Below, in pieces: positions 52,828 through 64,000 of a stretch of DNA of 64,000 nt. A model generated the notes under the pieces. The model was not told the DNA's origin. It saw nothing but the letters and a program-made list of their open reading frames with translations, and searched no databases. Each line of letters starts with the position of its first letter. The stretch's first letter is position 1. Source of the stretch: Octopus vulgaris (taxonomy: Eukaryota); NCBI GenBank assembly GCA_951406725.2, contig OX597815.1, positions 182,094,001 through 182,158,000 on the forward strand, given 5' to 3'. The position numbers were made by a program, and so were the translations under genes.

Positions 52828-53194
52828 CTAGCAGTATCGCCCGGCGTTGCTCAGGTTTGTAAGGGAAATAACTATAAAGCATTTTTAGAGAGTAATAGCC
52901 AAAAAATAGCAAAAAAATGGAAAAAAATGATGGTAAATTTTTTTTTAGTTAAAAAAGGTGGAGTTGCGTCCCTTAGACAGTTTGCGGTTTGTGTTTCTGA
53001 TTCTCGACCCCATGTCGAATTCATCGATTTTTTTCAGAACTGGGGGAACTTTTCAAAATTTTGAATTATGACATTGGGCTATGTGTGTGTCAAGTTTCAT
53101 CAGAATCGGTTGAAAGCCGTGGTCAGGGTGAGGGTACAACCTGACAGACACACAGAAACACACACAGACAAACTGCCGTTTATATATAGAGAGA
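52828..53194 (-). mobile_element. Non-autonomous Helitron
   Basis: Minus strand A|TCTCTCTATATATAAA 5' end and cctgagcaacgccggg-cgatactg-CTAG|T 3' end. Confidence 0.8.
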
Positions 53195-53238
53195 TAAGCA
53201 TGCTTGTGCATATGTATGTATCTCTCTCTCTCTCTCTC

Positions 53239-53278
<40 letters not shown>

Positions 53279-53279
<1 letters not shown>

Positions 53280-53992
53280 AGTTGCAGTGTCCTGTACTCA
53301 CGTATATATATTTATATATGCATGTATATATACATGTAGATGTAGGTACGTACACATATGTTTGTATGCATGCATATATTTTATTTATTACATTATTGTC
53401 TGAAAGGACGTGTTCCCTTGCGCTGTTACTACAACATCCTCGTCTTGCCAAACAAAAGGCCTTTTCGTTTTGTTTTTCTCGTTTGTTTTCTTGTCTTTTT
53501 ATTTCTCGTTTTGTATTTTCTTGTACGTGTATTTTTATCTTGTATTTTATTTTGCATTTATATCGTTTTTACGTCCTGTTTTTGTCACATGTTTTTCTTG
53601 TCTGTTTTTGCCCCTATGCGAGGCAATTTTATTTTAATTCTCTCGCAATGAAGGACTAGTTGACGAGTCGTGTCCTGTTTTATCCTTCGAAACACGCTTG
53701 AGTTAGCTAGAGACAGCTGATGAACTGGGGATTTTTCCTGTGTGGTTTGTCCTGTACCTTGTTTTTCTGTTGTAAAAAATAATATTTTTCCCGTTTCCAT
53801 TTCGTCTCTGTTTTTTTGTTGTAAAAATATGGCTTGTCCGTTTTCGTTTTTCGTTGAGTTCTACGTGTAGTTGCAGTGTCCTGTACTCACATATATATAT
53901 TTATATATGCATGTATATATACATGTAGATGTAGGTACGTACTTATATGTTTGTATGCATGCATATATTTTATTTATTACATTATTGTCTGA
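53279..53992. mobile_element. Partial-tandem element with ~125-bp direct repeats (Penelope pLTR-like)
   Basis: 53279-53403 is nearly identical to 53868-53992. T-rich body; a related fragment lies at ~57085-57300. Confidence 0.55.
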
Positions 53993-54060
53993 CAGCGCGT
54001 TCGCGTCAGGGTCGATTCGATTCGTCGTTTCGTCCCACTTTCCCTTCCTCCCAGTTTTGT

Positions 54061-54169
<109 letters not shown>

Positions 54170-54204
54170 ATATGTATATGTATATATATGTCTATATATA
54201 TATA

Positions 54205-54612
54205 TTGCCGTTGTGTGGTAAGAAACTTGCATCCCAACCACATGGTTCCGGGTTCAGTCTCACCGCGTGGCACCTTGGAAAATTGTCTTCTACAATATCT
54301 CCGGGCCGTCAGAAAATCTTGAGAGTGGATTTGGTAGACGGAAACTGAAAAAAGCCCATCGTATGTGTGTGCGTATGTGTGTGCGTGTGTGTATGCCTTT
54401 GTGATCGTGTTTGTCCCCCACCACCGCTTGAAAACCAGTGCTGTTGTGTTTACGGCCCCGTGACTGATCGCTTCGGCAAAAGAGACCGATAGAATAAGTA
54501 CCAGGCTTTAAAAAGATAAGTACTTTTAGTCGATACATTCGACTAAAAGTTCTTTAAACATGGTGCTCCAGAATGGCCTCAATCTAATGACTGAAGCAAA
54601 TAAAAGATAAAC
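54205..54612 (+). mobile_element. SINE family A (diverged)
   Basis: Consensus match. Confidence 0.8.
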
Positions 54613-54667
54613 GATATAACTATATATGTAAAACTATGTATGTGTGGGAAGAACGGAGGAAAAATTG

Positions 54668-54945
54668 GTACTCCGTCAGTTACGACGACGTGTGTTTCAG
54701 ATCATCCGAGCAACGAAACAGCCTACTAGTGAAATTAATGTGGAAGTGGCAGGACCCTTCGTAGGGACGCACACCCTTAACAGAGTTCTCAGGGAGATTC
54801 AGTGTGACACAGAACATGACAAGACTGGGTCTTTGAATTATACGTATAACTCATTTTTTGCCAGCTGAGTAGACTGGTGCAACGTGAAATGAAGTGTCTT
54901 GCTCAAGGATGTAACGTGCCACAGGGAACCAAACGCATGATATTA
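54668..54945 (-). mobile_element. SINE family E
   Basis: Similar to 1430-1985 and 5338-5456. Confidence 0.7.
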
Positions 54946-54977
54946 CGAACATACACATACATACATACATACATACA

Positions 54978-55011
<34 letters not shown>

Positions 55012-55299
55012 CATACATACATACGTACACACCTGTATGTATATACATGCGCGTGTGTGTGTGTATGTGTGTGTGTGTGAGTGTGTGTTTAAGCACATCA
55101 TTTTTACATTTTTACATTATTTAAATATTTTTGTGTATTTATAAGTATATCACCATTTTACATTCGTGGAAGGCATCCATTAAATGATGATGATGATGAT
55201 GACTTACATGCCCAAGACCCTTTCACTCACACACACACACACACAAATATAGCTTTCCACCTTTGGAGTTTTCTTGCAGAATCCTTTACTGATTCACCC

Positions 55300-55560
55300 A
55301 CAGTAAATAAGATGACCAGCATAGAACTCCCATGAACAGTTAGTTTTTAATGTCCTCTGCGATGACTTAGAAGGGGCTATAATGAAGAGAAAGAGGACGA
55401 GAACAAGCCACTGAGGAGCCCTTAAATGAACGCCAAATTCCTTAATGAACTCGTTGCTCACATTCATCTTACTAACTACATCTCTGTACAGAGATTCTGC
55501 AGCTTTCCTACGTCATTCAGTGACTATTAATTCGCAGACCAAGCTTTTCTTACCTTGGCA
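55300..55560 (-). pseudogene. RTE-type RT relic
   Basis: Minus LYRDVVSKMNVSNEFIKEFGVHLRAPQWLVLVLFLFII...NCSWEFYAGHL parallels the GV.QGSVLSPLLFII...CPWELLYADDL region. Confidence 0.6.
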
Positions 55561-55779
55561 AATGTTTACTATGGTGGCTTACACTTGGTGAAGGATTTAT
55601 CCTGCTGTTGTTTCTGAAGAAAGATTTTCTCAGCGGTACTTTTCTCAAGCACAAAGCTGAACTGCATTTCATTTAGGCTAATCATTTGAAGTATAACCTG
55701 TTCTGGAACTCACATATATTGGTCTATCACTGTGATACCATTGTAATAACCTATATAATGCATCTCCTTGATTTACGTA

Positions 55780-56974
55780 TCAGGTCATCCCATAAGTTCT
55801 GTCCGATTTTACCAATTTTAAAATTGAATAAAATTTAATAGTATTTTAGAATGTCTAATGGAATTAAGAATTATTTTTATGCATTTGTGTAAATTTAAAC
55901 TAATTAAATATTATTTTACAGAATAATAGAATTAAATTTTTTTTGATTAAAATCCTTTCTAACATGGAAGTATCCAAAGAGCATTTAAGGCACATAATGC
56001 TTTATGAGTAAAAAAATGAAACTCTGCAGCCGAAGCGATTCGAAACATTCACTCAGTTTATGGGAAAGAATGCTTGAATGAAAGAACTTGCAGAAGATGG
56101 TTTGCAAAATTCAGAAGTGGAGATTTCCGCTTTGATGATGAAGATCGAACAGACGTCCATCTGAATTTGATGATAAGCTCCTTGAGGCATTACTTTAAGA
56201 AAATCCTGCATTATCAATTGAAGAATTGGCAATAAAGCTTAGTTCAAACCGTACAACTGTTCATCGTCATCTTCTGCAACTTGGAAAGGTTCATAAACTT
56301 GGAAAATGGGTGCCTCATGAATTGTCCGAAAGCAACCGCAAATCCCGAGTTGAGATCTGCTCTTCTCTCTATTCTCGCAAACTCATTTCACCCATTTTGG
56401 ATAGACTTGTGACGAAAAATGCATCTTCTACCGAAATGTTAAACATCGTAAACAGTGGCTTGGTAAAGGGGAGTAATTCACTTTGAAATGTTGCCACCTA
56501 ATGCAACAATCAATGCTCAAGTCTACTGTCAGCAATTAGAGCGTTTGAACCAAGCTTTGAAGAAAAAAAAGACCCGCTTTAGTGAATCGAAAAGGAGAGA
56601 TGTTTCATTAGCACAATGCGCGACCCCGCACTGCAAAGATCACATCACAGAAGATCGAAGAGCTTGGTTTGGAAAAATTCCTCATCCACATTATTCTCCC
56701 GACCTTGCCCCTTCGACCTTGTCCCGTAGTTTACAGAATCATTTAGGGGACATAACTTTCGGAAGCCAGGAGGAGGTCGAAACTGACATCAGAGTTCTTC
56801 GTTTTGAAACCAAAAGAGTTTTACATTGATGGGATTAAAAAGCTTGTAAATAGATGGAAGGAAGTCATAGATAATCAGGGAAACTACATTGATGATTAAA
56901 TTTCAATTAAATATAACATTCGATCACTTGTTTTCTTTATTAAAAATTCGGACAGAACATATGGGATGACTTGA
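55780..56974 (+). mobile_element. Mariner transposon with both TIRs, internally deleted and decayed
   Basis: TA flanks; TIRs tcaggtcatcccataagttctgtccga / tcggacagaacatatgggatgacttga; WVPHELS and PHYSPDLAPS motifs; stops and frameshifts. Confidence 0.97.
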
Positions 56975-57267
56975 TAGTATCTATACATTCATATATGCAT
57001 ACATACATGCATACATACATACATACATACATACATACATACATACATACATACATACATACATACATACATACATACATACATTAAATGCTCGAAATAC
57101 GAGACTAGAAAAAAGGTCAACAACTGATGAAGAGTCGTTCTTTATGTTGTTTGTTTTGTTTTCCATTTGTGTCTTTCGTTGTTCGAAAGAATAGTTCATA
57201 TTCCATGTACTCGTACTTCGTACTTTTTTTTGTTGTAAACGTTTCGTGATATCCTGTGCCCACATAT

Positions 57268-57294
57268 GCATATATATATATACGTATAGATGTA

Positions 57295-57345
<51 letters not shown>

Positions 57346-57478
57346 GTATATGTATATATATATGTATGTATATATGTATATATATATATGTATATATATA
57401 TATATGTATATATATTTGTATATATATATATATATGTATATATATTTGTATATATATATATATATGTATATATATATT

Positions 57479-57564
<86 letters not shown>

Positions 57565-57565
57565 T
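57268..57565. repeat. (TA)n microsatellite
   Basis: Seen directly. Confidence 0.95.
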
Positions 57566-57677
57566 TATTTATATTACTATATGATTGAACTCCACGCATC
57601 CGCTTCCAAGTAAGTTTTATCTTACATACATACATACCTACAGTATATATTGGTTATTTGGCATAGAATATATCAGA

Positions 57678-57732
<55 letters not shown>

Positions 57733-58422
57733 TGTGTGTGTATGTGTGTGCGTATGCGAGCGCTCATAATTTTGGGAAAATCTGACAGTGAAGTGTCTCC
57801 AGGTAAATATATAATTTCATTGATGCCACGAAGCTCTATACACACGCTGCTTTGCGATAATTCTTTCTTTTTTTTCTGTTTCATTCAAAATTTATTGGGG
57901 AAATATTTGCTTTTTAAGCTTACAGGCAAGAGAACTGATACCAGAAGATATAAGACTCTAATTTGAAGAAATGCATGAAGATTTACAAAACTTTCTCATA
58001 AAAGGAATCAGTTCTTTTTATTTCGATGGAAGAATTTCCACACAAACAATGAGAAAAATTTATCAAGATATGCGATTAGAATAATATTCAAAGAACATTA
58101 AGAGAAGCCAGAACTTATGTCTGGAATATAAATTTATCAAAGAAAAAAAAAAAAAGAAAAAAATTAGAGAGAAGCAATTTTTGAACTTCATGCAGTGTTA
58201 TCGTATGAAATGAATTTAATATTTCCCACCTTTTCAGAAGGTCATGCTATATATCTGAAATATAAAAGGACAAATGCAAAGAAGAAGCGGAGAAGATTTG
58301 AGTGTGATGATATAAGAGTCTCGGAATGTTTTCTCGTGATCATTTTGTCTCACATATTCCAATGAAAATTTCACATCACAAAAATCTTGTGCAAAACATC
58401 TTTTTCATATTATATAACATCC

Positions 58423-58999
58423 ATAAGGCGGCAGCAAGCTAGCAGAAACGTTCTGAGTTCAAATTCCGTCGATGTTGACTTTGGCTTTCATCCTTTCGGC
58501 GTCGATAAATTAAGTACCACTTGTGTACTAGGATCGATCTAATCGCCTGGCCACCTCTCCCAAAATTTCGGGCCTTGTACCTAGAGTAGAAAAGATTCTT
58601 TAAGGCGGCGAGCTGGCAGAATCGTTAGCACGCCGGGCGAAATGCTTAGCAGTATTTCGTCTGTCTTTACGTTCTGAGTTCAAATTCCGCCGAGGTCGAC
58701 TTTGCCTTTCATCCTTTCGGGATCGATTAAATAAATACCAGTTACGCACTGGGGTCGATATGATCGACTTAATTCGTTTGTCTGTCCTTGTTTGTCCTCT
58801 CTGGGTTTAGCCCCTTGTGGGTAGTAAAGAAATAGGTATTTCTTCTGTCTTTACGTTCTGAGTTCAAATTCCGCCGAGGTCGACTTTGGTTTTTATCCTT
58901 TCGGGGTCAATAAATTAAGTACCAGTTGCGTACTGGGGTAGATCTAATCGACTAGCCCCCTCCCCGAAAATTTCGGGCCTTGTGTCTCGAGTAGAAAAG
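58423..58999 (+). mobile_element. SINE family B trimer
   Basis: 14-bp TSD attatataacatcc at 58409-58422 / 59000-59013. Confidence 0.9.
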
Positions 59000-59985
59000 A
59001 TTATATAACATCCTTCTCAACGCAGTCTGGCAATACCCCAATATCATAATAGATATATTTATTCTGCCAAATTATAAAATGCTTCTGTAAGTATATGAAA
59101 CTGAAATTTAGTTATGAGTTGGCCGGTCTGTAGACTTTAACCTTCTTGAGAATGTTTGGGCGATCATTAATTTAAAGCTGAAGACATGAACTTTTCAAAT
59201 CAAAGAATATTTATTTGCAGCTGTCCAGAAACAACGCTACAAATTAGATACTGCATTATTGAAAAATTCTTGCTGACACTAATGATTAAACAGATTATAT
59301 AGCAGGATAGTCATGCCAGATGCATTGATTTTTAAATGTTGGCTGTGAATAAACAAAAATTCTATCATTTTTATTTGAATGCATTGAATGATTAAATTTC
59401 AACAAAAATAAACTATTTTTGTTAATCATGGATGTTCTGGGTTTTTTTCTTTTGTTTTTTCTTTTGTTAAAAGAGATGTTTATCCACATCCACAATCACA
59501 CAGATCGCATGTAATGCAATGTTTTTTGACATGTGGCCAAATCTTTGGCAAATAACATCCTACTGTCTTAAAAATGATGGAGATGGCTAAAATGACTGTT
59601 CAATTAGATAGAATCTGGAACTACCAAAAAAAAAAAAAAAGAACATGTAGTTATAACTTCAGCATGTTCTTCATGTTGTTTTGAACTGAATGGATCTTTC
59701 ATAAAGTATTTCAAAAGTGCTATGAATATACCGAAAAAACTACATTTTATTTTGCTAGTTTATTTTGTCTTTTTGTCTTCTCTCCTGGTGCTGTATGAAC
59801 ATTTAATGTGGTTTTAGAGTCAAGTTTTGGCTGCTATTTCCAGCGTGGTGGTATCTCTTAAATACCCTAAATTATGATTTTAATAATAATTATTACCTTT
59901 GAAGTTCTTATTCCCATGCTGGCCACTTGATAAGTTCGATAATATAAATATAAATATATGTGAGTGTGTATATATATATATACGC

Positions 59986-59995
59986 GCACACACAA

Positions 59996-60081
<86 letters not shown>

Positions 60082-60396
60082 ACATACATACATACATACA
60101 TACATACATACATACATACATACATACATACATACATACATACATACATACATACATACATACATACATACATACATACATACATACATACATACATACA
60201 TACATACATACATACATACATACATACATACATACATACATACATACATACATACATACATACATACATACATACATACATACATACATACATACATACA
60301 TACATACATACATACATACATACATACATACATACATACATACATACATACATACATACATACATACATACATACATACATACATACATACATACA
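59986..60396. repeat. (CA)n-(CATA)n microsatellite
   Basis: Seen directly. Confidence 0.97.
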
Positions 60397-61214
60397 GTAT
60401 ATATTGGTTAATTGGCATAGAATAAAAATCTGAACTGGAACGTGTGTATGTATGCGAGCGCTTATAATTTGTAAGTTGGGAAACTCAAAATTTGTTAAAA
60501 CTCCCACTTGCTCAAGGTGCCACGCAGAGGGACTGAACCCGGAACAATGTGGTTGGTAAGGAAGCTACTTTATCACACAACCACGCCTGAAAATAAAATA
60601 AAAAACTCTTTCTAAAAAACATAATACAATATGTGTACAATATGTATACATAAAAAAAAAACAACATTAGGGCTCCTTACCACAAAAATGTAGACTATTG
60701 CATGAAAGACGTTGTTTTGTGGAAGAATAAGAGCTACTGAGAAACATGGGTTGGACGGGCCTCAGGTTACCTTTCCATTCATTCCAGACCGTATCATCTG
60801 GTGCACAGCAACTGAGTAAACTGGTGAGTTTTATTATTGTGTATGACTTACAGCATGGACTTGATGTCCGTATATTGTCATGATGTGAACTTTATATTTT
60901 TATTCATATTTCTATAACTTGATACCCTTCCTACCATCAGTCATCTTAGAATCTTAATTGAGGCATTTTATTATGCCACAGTAAGTAGGGAGGCTGTCTG
61001 ATGCAGAACTAAAGTGTTCCTCCCACGTTTATTCATTTTTATATGGAGTTACTTCCCCTTTAGATGGACATCCTGTAAGCTGCTTCACCGAAGTTGTGAA
61101 GTTGTGAATCGCACAATTATTTCCACAGAAATATTTGAGAATGCTGCGCATAACCGCCGTGCAGGGTGGTAAAAAGACTATCCTCATCCAAGATATATTC
61201 AATAAAAGTAACCG

Positions 61215-61822
61215 GAATGGCTGTGTGGCAAGAAGTTTGCTTCCCAACCACATGGTTCCAGGTTCAGTCCCACTGCTTAGCATCTGAGATAAGTATCTGC
61301 TACTATAGCCTCGGGCCGACCAAACTTGGAAGTGAATTTGGTAGATGGAAACTGAAAGAAGCCCATCGTGGATATAGGTGTGGCTGTGTAGTAAGAGGCT
61401 TGCTTCCCAACCACATGGTTCTGGGTTCAGTCCTACTGCGTGGCACCTTGGGCAATTGTCTTCTACTATAGCCTCAGGCCGACCAAAGCCTTGTGAGTGG
61501 ATTTGGTAGACGGAAACTGAAAGAAGTCCGTCGTATATATATATATATGGAAAAATTATACAAAATAAATATATATGATTGTGTGTATGTATGTATGTGT
61601 GTGTGTGTATGTCTATATACCTGTGTTTGTTACTAACCACCTCTTGACAACTGGAGTTGTTCCTGTGATTTAGCAGTTGAGCAAATGTGACTGACAGACT
61701 AAGTACCAGGCTTAAAAAAAAATTATAAGTACTAATGCCAACATATTCGACTAGAACTCTTCAAAGCCGTACCCCAGCATGGCCGCAATCAAATGACTGA
61801 AACAAGTAAAAGATAAAAGATA
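61215..61822 (+). mobile_element. SINE family A, tandem half copy + full copy
   Basis: Head repeated at ~61215 and ~61376. Confidence 0.85.
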
Positions 61823-62524
61823 TTCACATTTTCATTTCCTTGAGAGATTTTTCCATAAATACGATTTTCTAAGTCAGTATGTGATGCCATCATTCTAAAT
61901 ACCGATGTTTTATCAATGTCTGTTTCTTCCTCAACCCAATGACTCTATAAATGAAGAAATCAGAACATATTTTCTAGAATTTTGGGACTAAGTAGAGCAT
62001 AATATTTCCAAAAAGAGCAAATGTGTAATACTTTTAGCAATATATAGATCTATACTTTAACACTTAGGTTATTTTAGCTCCTCGCATTATGGTTATTTTA
62101 CCCTCATTCTTCCATTGATTTTCCCCTCATTAAGGAATCAATAGAAATTATGATGTCAAAATGGCAGCATAATGCATTGTAATTCATAGCCTTTTGATAG
62201 ATTGAATCCTACTAAACTTCTGTCTGCTCTTTTATCTTTCTTCAAATCATAAATCTTCTTATCTTCATTTAAACTCTGATATAAGTACCTTTACATCTTT
62301 TAACTTCAACATTAAAACAGTTCAGACTATTGATTACATTTGAATATGCTCTCAACTAATTTTACAGGGCAAAACAAGAAGAATCAATGAAGTCACCATC
62401 AGTATGTTACGAGAACGAGAGTTATTGGAGTTTGAAGATTAAAAAAAACAAACGAAAATTATAGCAAGCGGGATTTGAACCCAGAAACTAAACACGGAAC
62501 CCAGAAACTTGAAACTTCAATTTT

Positions 62525-62936
62525 TTTCCTGCCCACAAAAGGATAAACATAGAGGGGACAAACAAGGACAGACAAATGGATTAAGTCGATTACATCGACC
62601 CCAGTGCATAACTGGTACTTAATTTATCGACCCCGAAAGGATGTAAGTCAAAGTCGACCTCGGCGGAATTTGAACTCAGAACGTAGCGGCAATAGAAATA
62701 CCTATTTCTTTACTACCCACAAGGAGCTAAACACAGAGAGGACAAACAAGGACAGACAATGGGATTAAGTCGATTAGATTGACAGCAGTGCGTAACTGGT
62801 ACTTAATTTATCGATCCCGAAAGGATGAAAGGCTAAGTCGACCTCGGCGGAATTTGAACTCAGAACGTAACGGCAGACGAAATACGGCTAAGCATTTCGC
62901 CCGGTATGCTAACGTTTCTGCCAGCTCGCCGCCTTC
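62525..62936 (-). mobile_element. SINE family B dimer
   Basis: Two head-to-tail units. Confidence 0.9.
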
Positions 62937-64000
62937 AAGGCATTTAATTTTGCCGACACAATATCCTCAAATTGAACAGAATATTAATCATGACTCTTTT
63001 TGTATTTACTTCCACATGTTTTGATTAATAATCTCTGGTTGTTTTCTGGGGAGATATTTTGAATATGGCACTTGATGAGGTTAATATTCCAATCAATCTT
63101 GACTACACTCATTTTAACTCATCTAAAAAACATAAACATGTAATTTTTCAACCTTCTTAGGTTATGGTTTATAGGCATTATGTCATTCAATAAAAGCTGA
63201 CTTCATGTCAAATCATAAAAAGAAACAATTTTTTCTCATCTATTCCCATAAAAAAAACCCAGTTAAAGTAGTCCTAAGCCAATCACAATATTTCAGATTG
63301 TATTCTGTGTTTCCTGATTTTTTGTTTTTCTTATTTTTTTTCTATTCATAGTTTGATAAAACCTTGTGTTTCAGAATGAGAAGAAAAAAAATGAATAGCT
63401 AAATTCAGGATTTAAGTCAGAAAGTTGTTGAGATTGTACAACAATAAAAGACCAAGAAAGGAAACGCATTTAAAAAATTTCTCAGGCAATTAACTCCGCA
63501 AGGATGATTGTGAAATGTTTAAGGTTGACGTCCACTTTGCCAGTGCTGCGGGCAATAAAATATATATCAGACAAACTTCTGGCACTTGTTATACATGCCT
63601 AAAACACTTGACTGTGACATCTCAACAAAACAACACTCGAATGACTGAAACCAGTAAAAGAATAACACATCCATTTTCGTTGCTGGTATGGGTTGTATAA
63701 GCCATTTTGTTAGTTGTTAGTAGGCGTTACTGAGCCTCTAGACTGATCAGAAGAGCATACGATGCTCGTACTTTCCATTTTGATATGATTTCCATAACTG
63801 GATACCTTTCCTCACAGCGGTCATTATACAGAGAGCATTGCATGGATGTTATCAAGAAATTGACAGTCGACGGCTTGTTATATCATTGTCCAGAATAATG
63901 AGTGCTCTCAACCATATGTTATCTTCAAGCATCCACTAACGGCCTTATGGTATAGATAGTAAGAGAAAGTGATGGATATCAAAACAAGTGGCCCAAGGTA

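Noticed and set aside
58000-58400. hAT dimerisation-domain relic
   Set aside because: Only a vague resemblance (FPTF...TNA); could not be aligned with confidence.

Overview
AT-rich, microsatellite-dense eukaryotic DNA. The SINE repertoire suggests an octopus/cephalopod intron or intergenic region (inference). I recognise no host protein-coding gene; nearly all listed ORFs are microsatellite or SINE read-throughs. The window is a nested mosaic of at least five SINE or LINE-tail families, decayed mariner, Tc1 and hAT transposases, CR1, RTE and RLE-type LINE relics, two Helitron-type elements and several MITEs. These sit on an old tandem triplication of unique sequence (~16.8-34.7 kb). The most striking signal is a set of sequence-unrelated non-coding elements that each carry a minimal type I hammerhead ribozyme fold, most within fold-back (inverted-repeat) structures like those of Penelope-like elements. 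One family (5 loci) joins a tRNA-derived Pol III head to a hammerhead-bearing tail and always occurs as a head-to-head palindrome. One hammerhead has a compensatory G3-C8 core. Folds and alignments were done by eye, and element boundaries without a target-site duplication (TSD) are approximate.
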